A stretch of DNA of 64,000 nucleotides from Balanoglossus misakiensis (Eukaryota > Animalia > Hemichordata), in contig CM082581.2 of NCBI GenBank assembly GCA_040954595.2, positions 9,837,878-9,901,877 of the forward strand. Direction: 5' to 3'. Of the stretch, positions 14,401 through 26,973 are shown one piece after another. The notes under the pieces were generated by a model. That model saw only the letters and a program-made list of their open reading frames with translations, searched no databases and was not told where the DNA came from. Made by a program: the position numbers and the translations under genes. The stretch's first letter is position 1, and each line of letters starts with the position of its first letter.

Positions 14401-17400
14401 TGTCATGGATACCTAAGAACTCTTGGAAAGAATGTGAATTAAAATACCCTTCCTGTGCAATTTATGTCAGTTTATACACAAGAAGGATTAGCCAAGGCGC
14501 TCTGCTGTCTGCTTCCTTTTTTCTAAAATATTTAACAAGCACCGGATTTGGCAAATTCCTCACCCCATCATGTTTGCCATTTCAATGGGGAAATTAATGA
14601 GGCTACTGCTCTGACCTTGGGAAGTTGTAACTCATTCACAAGTCAAGTATATCACCATTAGGTCATATTTCCACAAGTTTTCTCGGACATATCTGTGGCC
14701 TTTATACAATTATATGCGCCACATTTACCTCAGAAGTAAGACGCAATTTTAAAACACTCTGTCGTAATAAATAATTATTTCACTGAATATAAATATCAAA
14801 GGACTTAGGGGTATAATCAGATTTTAAAATACACACAAATTGTTCAACACAACTTTATCCTTGCCCACTCATGAGTATCGGTGACCCCACACAACTATTC
14901 AGCTGACTCCAAGTGACCCACCATGTGTTCAACATAATTAAATTTCATCAGTACCGTATTATTTATTCCTTGTGACACATGTGGACGAGGTAAATTTATC
15001 TGTTACTGTTTATTTGTAGAGCTCTTCTCTGATTAAATCTATGATAAGAAAACAATGAAGATTGGGAAGCTCTTTTTTCATCTGAGTGAATTCAAGCGTT
15101 TTGATATTCCCAATTTCGTTTTATTTTTTCAGCCATCTAGAGACCAACAATAAATTAGAAAAGTGTTTACAGTGCTCATACCAAAGTTAGCTTTCTTTGG
15201 ATGTGTGTCATTCTGACATTTAAGGGGTGTGGAAGCTGTATATTGTAAAGTCAAATTTGTGTATGCATGGGATCGGAGTGTTTATGGCTTGGAAGGCCAC
15301 CAGTATTATGCAAATGTTTACAATGAACAGTGTGTCAGACAAGGTCATTGGAGTGTACCCACATTGCCTGGTGGGGTTGAGATACTTTTTGAAAAGGAGT
15401 TCATAACTTCCAAGTTGTGTGCGTAGGGGCGGAGCTTTGTACTTTACACTGCAGCCGACAATGGCCTTTTAAACTCGGCTATCAATGGCCGCATCAGATC
15501 TCTTTAAGGGAAATCAACAGCCTGACTGAAAATATACCGTGGAAATTTATTTTCAGCCTAACCAATATGTTTGTGTGTGATTAATCTTTCAAGAATAAGT
15601 CGACTTTGATATTAGAGGTGCTTTTGTACAATCTACTTGAGGTATTTGAGCTTCCAAATTGCCCGTATATTTAGAAACTGTAATACAAGCGTAAATCATG
15701 TTTGGGGTCAGAGGTCACCATTGAGGATCACGTTCTGCCTAAATACATCCATTTGCAAGAAATTGTCCTCCTGTCTTCCATTGATCTTTAATCCCACACA
15801 TCCACTTCAGATTTTTGTGTCAGAGTGGACATCTTTATATTTTTTTTGTTACGGGTGCCTTTCAAGGTAAACCCTCTAAAGTTCAGGTGGATCTCTTCAC
15901 TACATGCTGCATGGTCAGCCAAACTGCCATTATTTAAATAAATTCCCATTACTATAATAGGCAGGTAACTTCCCCGCCCCGTATTCCAAACACAATGATA
16001 GCTGAAAGCATTTCTCCCCTAGGGGCAGGAGTTGCTACAGCTGAACCATTTTGACAAAGCAGTTGAAGTCTCCATTCCTCCTTCCTGTCCTGGTTTCTTG
16101 CAGGTCTTTTCACCAAACGGCTATAAATTACAAATAGCATTTGAAAGGAAACAATTAATCATTTTGTAAATTAGGGTATTTTTGTGTATCACGTCAGTTT
16201 CCATCGGAGTCTGTCGTCTAAGGAATAATTCATCTCTTAAAAATAATCTTTGGAAGTTGTCAAGTTTAGGGTCACTTTTTATTTGTCAGCTGTCAGTGAA
16301 ATCTTATTTAATAATAATAACATAGCAACAGAGTGATTCGAATATTATAAATTTTTCCTTTGATTTTTGTTGTGTATAAATAGATTTGGGATTGTTTGAG
16401 TGTTTTATGATGTTACTTTTTTTTTTCAAAAGGAGTCTTTAGTCGAAACATCCATGCAGTAAATATAAATCAATTTCAGACACTGGTATATTCACATGTA
16501 TTTTATGACTTTTTGTTTTAAAAAAGTAAATTTTCACGAAAGAAACTCACTAAAGTTACTCAGGCCAAGACACAAAAGAACTGCAGGGCAGCCATTTTTC
16601 TTTTCAACCCGAGACTCAAATTCACACAAATTAATTGTCTGTTCTCCATTAAACATACCGCTTTCACAGAAATGACCAACTTGAGTGTGCTTAAAAAATA
16701 TAATAGTACGGCCATTCTTTACACACATGGAAATGGTACCATTTGTTGTGCAAAATACCGTCACAGCAAGTGTTCTGCTTAGAAACATGTTTTAGCATAC
16801 CGTACTTGCTTCAGGTATGTTCATGCTGCCACTCTGATATGTTTCAAAGCAGGAGACATAAGAAAGAGCACAGCTGTATTCGTTCAGATACAAATTTATG
16901 TACATTGCAGCACAAATATCTCTTCTATTAATGTCAGTGTATACAGAAAGATTTGATCTTAAATTTGCATAAAATTAATAATAACGATTTTCACCCTACA
17001 AAATCAGATGTCTTTTCTCCCTTACATGTCCATAAATTTTTATTTATTTAATGTGTTTTATATTTTGACTGTAGGTGGCGGGATATCCAACTATACAGAG
17101 AATCCAGCCGGCGCTGGGAAGTCACTGGAAGCCTGTATGAATACTACTGCCATAACCACTATTCCAGAGGGAGAGCGGAATGAGTCGTTGTTAATGTTAG
17201 GAGCAACTGCCGGAATGAGATTGGTAGAGTAAGTATGAAGCAACAACAAAATGTTCAAAATTGTCATGAAGGTATCCCTCCTCCATCAAACTGCACATGC
17301 CAACAGACCAAGACATTTTCACAACCAAGAAATCCAAATCATGTCTTCAGAATCACTTCTTTGTATCGATACTAATCAGAGCAAGTTTCTTTTTGTGATT

Positions 17401-20254
17401 CAGAAAAGAAAATGAGTCGGTCAGTGACGCCATCTTGTCATCAGTCCGCAACACCTTAGCATCTTACCCCTTCAGTCTGATCGATGTCTCTATAATATCA
17501 GGGGAAGAGGAAGGCTCGTTCTCCTGGGTCACTGTCAACTATCTTCTGGGAAACTTTGCTAAGGTACGTAACACTAGACGGGGATGGGGTGATTCACCCC
17601 CTGTTAACATGTTGGCACCCTCAGCAATATTTCAGGGGGACCAGCACCCCTTACAATGATGATGTCACATGTAGGAGATATTACAGTCCCCCATTCCAGA
17701 GTGAAATCCCTCAAAGTATTCTGGCAACAGGAGGACAATCCCCCCCTGTTAATGTCATTCCAGATGGAACACTTGAATCAAACTGGAATGAAAACAATTC
17801 TGATCCCCATTCATCTTTGAACTCTATACACTGTATTCCATGATTAATTTTATTTACTGTGCAAGAATATGACGTAGTAAAAACACAGCTAGTACACGAG
17901 ACAAATATTTGCCAATTCCTGCCACTGACTCAAGACTTTTAATTAGGCCGCTGAAACAAATAGACAAAGTACACTTTGCAGTGGTTGTTTTCGTTTGCCG
18001 TGAATGCATGCCAAACTTTGCGTAAAAGCTCATCCAATGTTAGTGTTACACACCTTTGTTTTTTTTACTGAAAAATCTTTTCAAAAAATTGTCTTTTGAC
18101 TTCTGTTATTTCTGGGATGTTTGACCAAGCTTTCTTTACCTCAGGTTTTCACTATAATGCTGAGATATGGGAGGGATTGGTCAACAACCATCAGCACAAT
18201 ATTGCTTTCAGTTTCACTACTACATTGTATTATATTCACAAGGAAGGAAGTATGTTTTCCTTGTAAATGTATACAAAAATCTCATTATAATTCCGTTGTA
18301 ATCCTACCTGTAGAGGGCGCTTGCGATTAGAAGCACCTCCAGGCCATTTTGTACATATGGGTATAACAGAAGTGATAATGCTTGTATATTTCTAACACAG
18401 GGACCTGCCTCACTTTTATCAACGTTTGTATCGGAACCAACACAGTTCACAGTAGGAGCTATGGACATGGGTGGAGCATCACTACAGATAACCTTTGTGC
18501 CAGAAAACATCGCCACGGTTCCTGCAGAGTATACTAGATATTTAAAACTATATGGTGATGACTATACAGTTTATACTCACAGTTATCTGTGCTATGGTAT
18601 CAGAGAAGCTGAAAGGAGATTTCTTGCAAATCTTGTGAAGGTATGATTATGATTTTAATTTTCACAGTTTGAAAATTGCATCTACTTCTCACTTTAAGAA
18701 TCAATAGTTAGATGTGATAATTATTACGTGCGCGTCCCACCTAAATAAAACAAATTTGATTATATTTCCTTTTTCAGGATGCGGGTACTAGCAACATTGT
18801 TGCCAATCCATGTGCACCTGCTGGCCACTCGGAGAATCGCTCGGCAGAATATCTGTTCGAAGCCTACTGCAGCAAGGGACTGCAGGCACTCAAGGCCTGG
18901 GGTTCAGAGGTCACACTGTCAGCAGATCTCAGCAATAATGCCAGTGATCTTTACTTCACCATAGAGGGCAGTAGTAATCCAAAGGAATGTGCCGACCAAG
19001 TTGGCAAGTTGTTCAACACCACTGCTTTCAAGGATGCTTACAAAGCTCCTGTCTATGGGCAATATTATGTAAGTTTGTGCATAATTATTTTGTCTACATA
19101 GCCATGGCCATTACTCTGCCGTGAAGTGCTGTTCAAGGATTAGATGATCATGTTGCAGTATTTTGATCCATCACCTGTAAATACTTGATTGTGTCTGCTT
19201 GAGTCTGTGATGAAACTGCTCAACTATTATTATCGTGAAACCAATCGACTTCTTATACATGCTCTCATCTGATTTGCATTATGTCTGTCTTTTTTTTGTC
19301 TGACAGGCTTTCAGTACTTTTTACTACACAACAAATTTTTTGAATCTCAGTCATGATGCAAGCCTGAAGCAGTTCAACAGTACTATGGAAGTTTTTTGTA
19401 AGAAGACATGGGATCAGGTGATTGAATTGTTGAACTTTCATTCTGTACACTATGAAAACCTAAATGGCTAAGATGTGAAAATGAACGAAACACAGGTGTG
19501 ACACTGGTGTCTGCTGTTATATTACCTGTTCTGAGAAGAGACTTTAGCCAGGGTGAAATACAAGTAGAATTTAATGAATGAATATTCTTTCTCATTTATT
19601 CTACAGGTTAAGGTCATGCCAACAGAGGAGCCTTCATTATTAGCTGCGTATTGCTTCCAAGCAGAATATATATTTACCTTTTTAACTGATCCAAACTCAT
19701 ATCATTTCACAGAAGAAACTTGGAACTTTGAATTTACAAATAAAGTGAGTTTCTAAGAATAGCCCCATCAACTTGTCGTCAGAGTAACTGTAAGAATATG
19801 AGATAAAGGGACAAGACAAAATAGTACAGACAGGATTGATTTCAAGGTTATTTGGAAAGTCCTTAAAAGTTGTGGAATTAATTTAAGACTACCTGCAGGA
19901 AGTCCTTGAGTTAGTTGTGTAATGTGCCATAACATTGATTGATCCAAAGTAGTTATGCAAAGTTTTAGAAAACTGATTCAGTGTGTCATGTGAACATATT
20001 TTTTTCTGTCTTCTCAGGTTGCTGGATCCAATCTGGGTTGGTCTCTGGGTTTTATGATCAACACCACAAACATCATCCCTACAGAGTATGGACCCACTAC
20101 AGGGCATCGCATGGACACCCATGCATACTATGTCCTCTTAGTTTTATTCAGCATTATTCTCGCTGTGGGTCTATCATTTGTTGCCTATGCGTGCGTCAAA
20201 AACAGGTCTAAGGCATCTGCGTACAGAAATGTAGCACGATATGGAGCTATCTAA
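4800..20254 (+). CDS. ENTPD: Ecto-nucleoside triphosphate diphosphohydrolase (CD39/NTPDase1/2/3/8-like) with N-terminal ubiquitin-like domain, about 610 aa, 11 coding exons
   Basis: Exons 4800-4911, 5286-5405, 6980-7131, 8517-8634, 17075-17228, 17404-17563, 18401-18640, 18778-19068, 19307-19417, 19607-19744, 20018-20254. All introns are GT-AG with compatible phases. All five apyrase conserved regions are present: WDAGSTHS, ATAGMR, SGEEEGSFSWVTVNY, DMGGASLQ, GWSLG. TM helices flank the catalytic domain (FMIVGMVLVTTGIIGIVVVVVI; YYVLLVLFSIILAVGLSFVAYACV). The exact vertebrate paralogue cannot be assigned. Confidence 0.9.
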
Positions 20255-21646
20255 TTCAGTTATGATTTTTGCATGTTTCACTTTCTGTACCCTTGCAACT
20301 CCAGTTAACACAAAAGATTTCCTTATGAGCATATCATTACAACTCATTTTGGCAGCTTACTTAAAGTGCCACTTACTTTAGTATTAGTATTAAATCTCAA
20401 TTAGAATTATTTTGCACATGGAAATATATTAGAGGCACTACGTATAGCAAGGAATGATGAAAATTAGTCCAAGTATGTAGATAGTAACAGAAAGACTCAA
20501 ATTATACTTTTAGGAAATATTTTCACCTGGGATATGCTTGAATGTTTTTATACTCTAATGGGGAAAGTGTGCAAAAGAAAAAAAATAGATTGTTGTAAAT
20601 ATAACTAGCTGTAAAAAAACTACTTTAAAAGCTGATAGTTTCTAAGAGAAGTCATGGGTGGAAATTTTTTCGAGTTTTAACTTTTTTAATAACATCGCAT
20701 CTCTTTATCCAGACGGATGCTGGTCTGGCATGTTTTTTAGAACTTTAGAAAATTGAATTCTGTAAGTTCTTCTGGTGTTGTGCGGTCATAGGTAGATTGA
20801 TACAGGAAGTGACCGGTTACTGTTCATACAGAAATATGGTAGAATGTATTGTAATTGACCACGGGTTTTGCAAAGACATTGCAATATAGGTCTCTGCTGG
20901 CATTGTTGATCATGTACACAGAAATCAGTTGTAAGGAGAATTCCGTTTCCAGAATCATTATTCCATGGTAGGTACCTGGGCAACTTGATTCCAAATGTTT
21001 ATAAAGTGAGTCTTCCCCACTGCACAACAGTGACCAACTTTTTAGTCCCTGCGGACAACGTCCAGGGTACTTCAGATTGGGCTCTGTTTATGTGTGTATG
21101 TATGCGTGTGTGGCGATCAGCCTCTCCAGAGCCATTACTGAGCATGCTTTAAGGGTCCACTATGTTACTTACCCATGTATGCACTCACTCCATCTACAGT
21201 ACTGTACTACATTAACAATGTAGTTGATCCAATCGAACAAAGCAATAACTTTGTATCCCCACCTTCACCAGAGGTGATCGTCATCTCAAAATCCCTGTGC
21301 TTAAGAATTGACTAATCTCTTGATTTTGTCAGGTATTTTATTTATTTTCAGCTCTTTCTTTACAACATTTGATCAAAAAATCATTTGCTGATGTTGTATG
21401 TAATTGTGGTCTTTGTTTCAAATATGCAATATTTATACAAGTAGACGAGGCAGCATAAACTGTTATGTCTTTAATGAAACTGACTGAATTTGGATTACAA
21501 ATCTGTGTACAGTAATTTTTGTATTGGGTAAAACCAATAAAAAATACCATATTTCTATATAAAAAAAAAAACTTTGCTAAAATAATAAGTTATATCCGAA
21601 TTTAAAGTATGCAGCACGTTGCGCTATAATTTGCACTTAGCATTAT

Positions 21647-21696
21647 TCTTGGGTTATGTAAAGCACATCACTCTTGGGTTATGTAAAGCACATCAC
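21647..21696. repeat. 25-bp perfect tandem duplication TCTTGGGTTATGTAAAGCACATCAC x2
   Basis: Read directly. Lies just downstream of the IDUA stop codon, between the convergent IDUA and NTPDase genes. Confidence 0.9.
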
Positions 21697-21796
21697 CCAA
21701 TCAGAAGCAATATAACAGCACCACATTGTGTATCTCTTATTTTTGAAGCATGCATCTTCAGTGTGTAACTGATTTCCCCATCACATTCTGCAGGGA

Positions 21797-24700
21797 TCAG
21801 AGTTTCAGTTGTACAGGTATGGAGTATTCTCCAGCAACATTCCAGTAGTCTACAGCTCGAACTCTGTAGAAACCGGCAATGGGAAATTTGTCTGAAAGAG
21901 AAATGCAGAAAAATGTTAGGTGATATTTCAGTGTCTGTGACGGTGAGTTGTAAATATCAGTGTTTGGTTGTACATGTACGTAAGGATCAGGTATGAGGGC
22001 ATGGCTCATCAAAAGCCATATAACCTCTGAATCAACCAATCCACATCAGCAAACATTAGACTGTCTTACCCTGACTCGAGCTGACTGGTGAATACAGATA
22101 CGACGTAAATATCAAATCTATATCATTGATCCTCTTGTATGGCCCCTGAGCACTCTGCGCTGAAAACTCCACCTCGAATGTCTTGATACACTTGGAGTTG
22201 ACGCAGCCATCGTCCCATATGATCAAGACATCTTGGTTAATGATGTTGTGAAGACGAACACTAGTTACCTGCAACAAACCAATATACAAGTATTCATACA
22301 TGTAGGCAAGCCAATTTTCTTTACCATGGTCTCTGGTAGGGTTTTATACAATGGGTGCACATAGTGCAACTTTCAGAAAAAATGTCCAGCTTGCCTCTAT
22401 GACTGGGCTTCAATCACAAACAGGCCTCGTGGCGTTTGCAATACAGTGTCAGAATTGTGATGAGAATGTAATGGGATAGTTTACTATTACCTGGTCAGGT
22501 GGCACTTCTGGCTTCTCACAAATGTGAACCAGTACAACCCCGGGCATGTTTAATGTTATTTGCATGTGGGCTGTACTTTGTGTGAAAGGTTTGGCATCCT
22601 GAACTCTCACTGGTTCCTGTAAAGAAACAAACGTGGCTATAACAATGTCCATTATCACACCTGTGATGCTGGACATTTTTATCCGCAGTTTCATTATCAC
22701 TATCTAGCAGTGATTATCTCCCACTGTATATCTCACCTGTTCATTTCTCAACTTTCTGAACTCGTCTTTCGTTGGGAAGACTGGTTTTCCCATCTTTTCC
22801 CACAGTGCACTTGGATTACCATTTTGATTGTCGATGAGATAAACAGCATACAACAGGTTACCTTTAAATGGGCAAACAAGACCAGAAATTCAGTTAAAAT
22901 GGCTAGCTGAAAATAGCCAAAAACTAGAATCACTTTATCTTTGATTCATATCTACGCATGAAAGGGTTAAGTTCAATGTACTTACTGTTTCTTCTGTACT
23001 TCATTTTGTCAAAAAGTGGTAAATTCAGCACAATGTTGTCCTGTCCGAAGGACGGACTCGTGTCATCACTGTTGTAGATCAGGATAGCTGCTTGCCAACT
23101 GAAATGTCCAAAAGAGGAGAGGCAGGTGAGACAATGAGGTTGCTAGGGAGGCAGCAGAGAGGGGTGAAAGGTCAAATGTCAGATGAAGATAAGCCTGACC
23201 TGTCAGCTGTGCCGTTGAAAGTCGGTATGTGCTGTGATGCGATTACTCCAATATTGCTTGTATTGCCTACAGAGGAGCCATTCACTGCAAAACCAGAACA
23301 TTCTTTCATTAGCAACTTTACACTGATAATTATTATTCTAAGGGATACATTCATTCTGAAATGCAAGTCCCAAATTATTCCTTAGAGAGTGCATGTACCA
23401 GCTAGACAGAATATCTACAGAAAATGTTAATTTTACTGTGCAGGTATAATTTACATCCATAAGTATTATACCTGCATATCATACATGTAGAATGTATTTT
23501 TATGCAGATCCTAGCTTCCGGTATCACTCTGCCAATTGACAGTGAAACATGATCTGCAAAACAGAATAGACGCATACTGTGGATTTGAAGGCAGCATCCA
23601 AAATGTACATGTACATGTACCTGTCACTGTGGCTGGGAGCTGTTCTTCGCCAAGCAAAGCCAGCAATCCCATCACGCTCAGCACAGGTTTCTTGACGAAC
23701 TGCACACTTGCTGGTTTGGTATGGTTCATCTGAAAGCGTGCCACCAGTGTCCTCTGGTCGAAGAAGTGAGGGTTGTAATTCAGGAAGCCGTTGTCGTTGC
23801 TCAAGAGTGCATAGTTGATATTGTTGCCTGGTTTGCTCAAGATGAGGTTTTGATGCTGAGCTATGATCTGTATAGTCGAGACACAAGCTGGGTTAATTCA
23901 TACTCTAAATAATACCTGATCAGTATACAGCGTGCCTTCTTAGCCAATATGATATGCCAGTCCTGGAAGTAATTGCTTTAATTCGATTCAAAGTTTCCAA
24001 AAACTAGATAGCATATCAAAATATATTTGACTAACTGTAAGTGTTGTATCAGAAACACACTATTTGCAGAGGGACAAAGAGACATATGTCACATGAATGC
24101 CAGCGTAAAGACAAGAGATTTTCATGCAAGTCTTTCCATTGGGACTTAGAAGCTCAGAAACTGTTGTTTTGTTCTTCAGCAGCCATGTTTGTGTTACCTT
24201 AGCAACTACAGCAGCATATCTGGCATCTGCCCTCCAGTCTTCACCTTTATGCCAGCCAACCAAGGGATCGCCTTCACTGTGAGTGTGAAGATAAGACAAA
24301 ATCTAATTCGGTGTTTTTTTAACATCTCCAGCATCCTATAAACCATCATTCTGCATAGAACTACTTACTCATTATAGATAGGCACACTGGTTAATCCGGG
24401 GTGTAGTGTCTGCATCCTCTGAATGGTCTCCAACTCTGTGTTCAGTAAAAATGACGATGACCCTTCACCCTAACAATGAATCAACCACCACATACATGGG
24501 TAAATATACATATACAGATACATTGGGATGTGGACTGATTGCATTGCATTGTATTGAATTGTATCCTACCATATTCCAATATGGGGGACTTGTTATATGC
24601 ATAAGACCTATTCCATTTGATTACCTTGTGGTGAATCGCAATGAAGTCAATCCTGACACCAGTCTCTCCTGTGAAGTAGTTCTTGCCACTTTCACAATGT

Positions 24701-26249
24701 TCCAGTAATGCCCAGCACCTGGGTGATTGGGGAGGGTCTTTGCAACCCCCTCCTGGACCCCCAAACTTCAACAGCGGACTTGCCGCTTTCAGGCCCTCTG
24801 AGCACGCATCGTAGTAGTTGAGAAATCCTTTGAACAGATTGATATTTCAGTTTAGGATGGAAGGTGATAAGAATGAGTTTTTGCTGAAAGCCTGCACCAC
24901 GGTGGGTTTGACATACTGCATTATTCAATATTCTATGTCACATGTATACAAAGTATGTATCCATCCACATTTTAGTGGACTAAATGTAAACAGGACTAGT
25001 ACAATTCAGTCATCTACCAGTAGTATAAATCCTGATGTCTATACCTTGTGCGGAGACATTGAGATCATCAAAATCATGCGTATCTGGTTCATTCCAAGTT
25101 TCAAAGTTCCACAGGGAGACATATCCTAGTCCATATTGATCTAGGAGAGAGAGAGTTAAACGTGACCAACTCGGGATGATTTACCTTGCACAGAAATGTT
25201 GGTGTTGTCGAAGTCCCGGTGGTCGGGCTCATTCCAAGTTTCAAAGTTCCACTGTGACACAAAACTTAAGCCGTACCGATCTGTTGGGTTGAAGCGAAAG
25301 CCCATGGATGCAGCCCATTGTGGGCTGGATCGCGTATTACCTGCACTCCCCCAACCCCATGCAATGGAATGGCCCTCTTACTCAGTTACCAACTACACCA
25401 CACACATGCCATTAACGGTGAATTGAACTGTTTGGAATTGGTGGGTGGATAAAACATGCACCTAATGAAACTACCACTTAGCAACCACAGTGGAGTGACA
25501 TATGCCAATGAGAAACTTCCATCCATGCATTAATGTTTGTACATGCCATTAAGTTTAACCTCTTGATTCCAGATCCCATTCATTTGACCTTCGCTAAATG
25601 ATGATGGTAAGTTCGATTCCCATAACTGCTCATGAAATTGACAAGTTATCTTACCAACGTCTTATTAGTGTGTCAAGTGTTACTTTGTTGAAAACAACAG
25701 AAATGGAATTCATGTGATATTTTCAGAGCTTTTGCATGCATTGCACATGAAAAAAATGCTTCTAACTGAAAAGTATGTCATATACATGTATAGAATGTGG
25801 AAGATCTTATAAAACTTTTCAGTAATTTTTGTGTTGTTTATATTTCACATGTTTTACTCACCTGTTATATTTAGCATTTTTACACTTAAACATTGTTTAA
25901 TGCTCTAACACTTTGTTTATTTTCATTCATATTTTTACAATAATATATAACTATGATGATAACCATCAGTTGAGAATTTGAAAGCATTGTGAAATTTGAC
26001 TTACCTATGTATCGCTTTGCAAGGGCTGTTACAAGGTCTTTCCATTCCCGGACTTGTTTGTCGTCATCAAATGTCCGGAAGTGGCTTGATGGATTGCCCA
26101 TGATTTCAAATCCTGGTTTAAGGTTGTTTTGCCACAGGAGATCGATGAGTTGGTCCAGCAGAGTGAAGTTGTAACTCAGGGTGCCATTTACTGTCCTGAA
26201 AAGTAGAAAGTTACCAAAGAGACTATCATGATGGTGGTGATGATGATGG

Positions 26250-26281
<32 letters not shown>

Positions 26282-26312
26282 GTGATGGTGGTGGTGGTGG
26301 TGGTGGTGGTGG

Positions 26313-26398
<86 letters not shown>

Positions 26399-26449
26399 GT
26401 GGTGGTGATGGTGGTGGTGGTGGTGGTGGTGGTGGCGATGATGGTGATG

Positions 26450-26534
<85 letters not shown>

Positions 26535-26973
26535 CATCATGGATCACTACACTAATACAAGTGACATGTACACACTTACGTCAGTTTAACCATGTCCAGT
26601 AACCAGTGAATTCTGACCTGTTCTATACCACTGTGTGGAACTGAACTGATGTAGGCCAGATTTTGTACTTCATCATCACTGAGAAAGTACTTGAAATCTT
26701 CTTGGTGAGGCTCTGGCGGACTAAAATAGAAAAAAAATCTCTGTAAACGTTAAGTACACGGGGGTACCATCTTATTATCCATGGTTTAATCATCTTCATG
26801 AAAAACAAGCGACTGTACACTTACCAGAAACCAGTACTTTTCCAGAAGTGGGTTAACTTTGCCACAGCATCACTTTGCACTGTAATATTGTACAGCGTTT
26901 TGGGTTCAACGACGAGTATGAGTGAATAACCAAGAGTTATCAACAAACTGGTGGATTTTGTTTTCGTAAACAT
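21797..26973 (-). CDS. IDUA: Alpha-L-iduronidase (GH39), about 649 aa, 14 exons per transcript with one exon present in two alternative copies
   Basis: Exons in transcript order: 26825-26973, 26580-26720, 26005-26195, [25185-25280 or 25045-25140], 24625-24827, 24369-24469, 24198-24276, 23621-23867, 23200-23284, 22986-23098, 22737-22861, 22491-22616, 22070-22268, 21797-21891. Motifs [33 protein letters not shown] (acid/base), [12 protein letters not shown] (nucleophile), LLSNDNGFL and RVRAVDYW match human IDUA. Confidence 0.95.
25045..25140 (-). CDS. IDUA: IDUA catalytic exon copy B ([32 protein letters not shown])
   Basis: 96 nt, acceptor tttaactctctctctcctag, donor CAAG|gtatag, phase 1-1, open frame. 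Confidence 0.88.
25185..25280 (-). CDS. IDUA: IDUA catalytic exon copy A ([32 protein letters not shown])
   Basis: 96 nt, acceptor ttcaacccaacag, donor CAAG|gtaaat, phase 1-1, open frame. Confidence 0.9.
26227..26533. repeat. Compound (GAT)n/(GGT)n trinucleotide microsatellite in IDUA intron 2
   Basis: About 300 bp of gat/ggt triplets. Explains the poly-I, poly-S and poly-M ORF calls. Confidence 0.97.

Noticed and set aside
26188-26602. Poly-Ile, poly-Ser and poly-Met ORFs
   Set aside because: Translation of an intronic GAT/GGT microsatellite.
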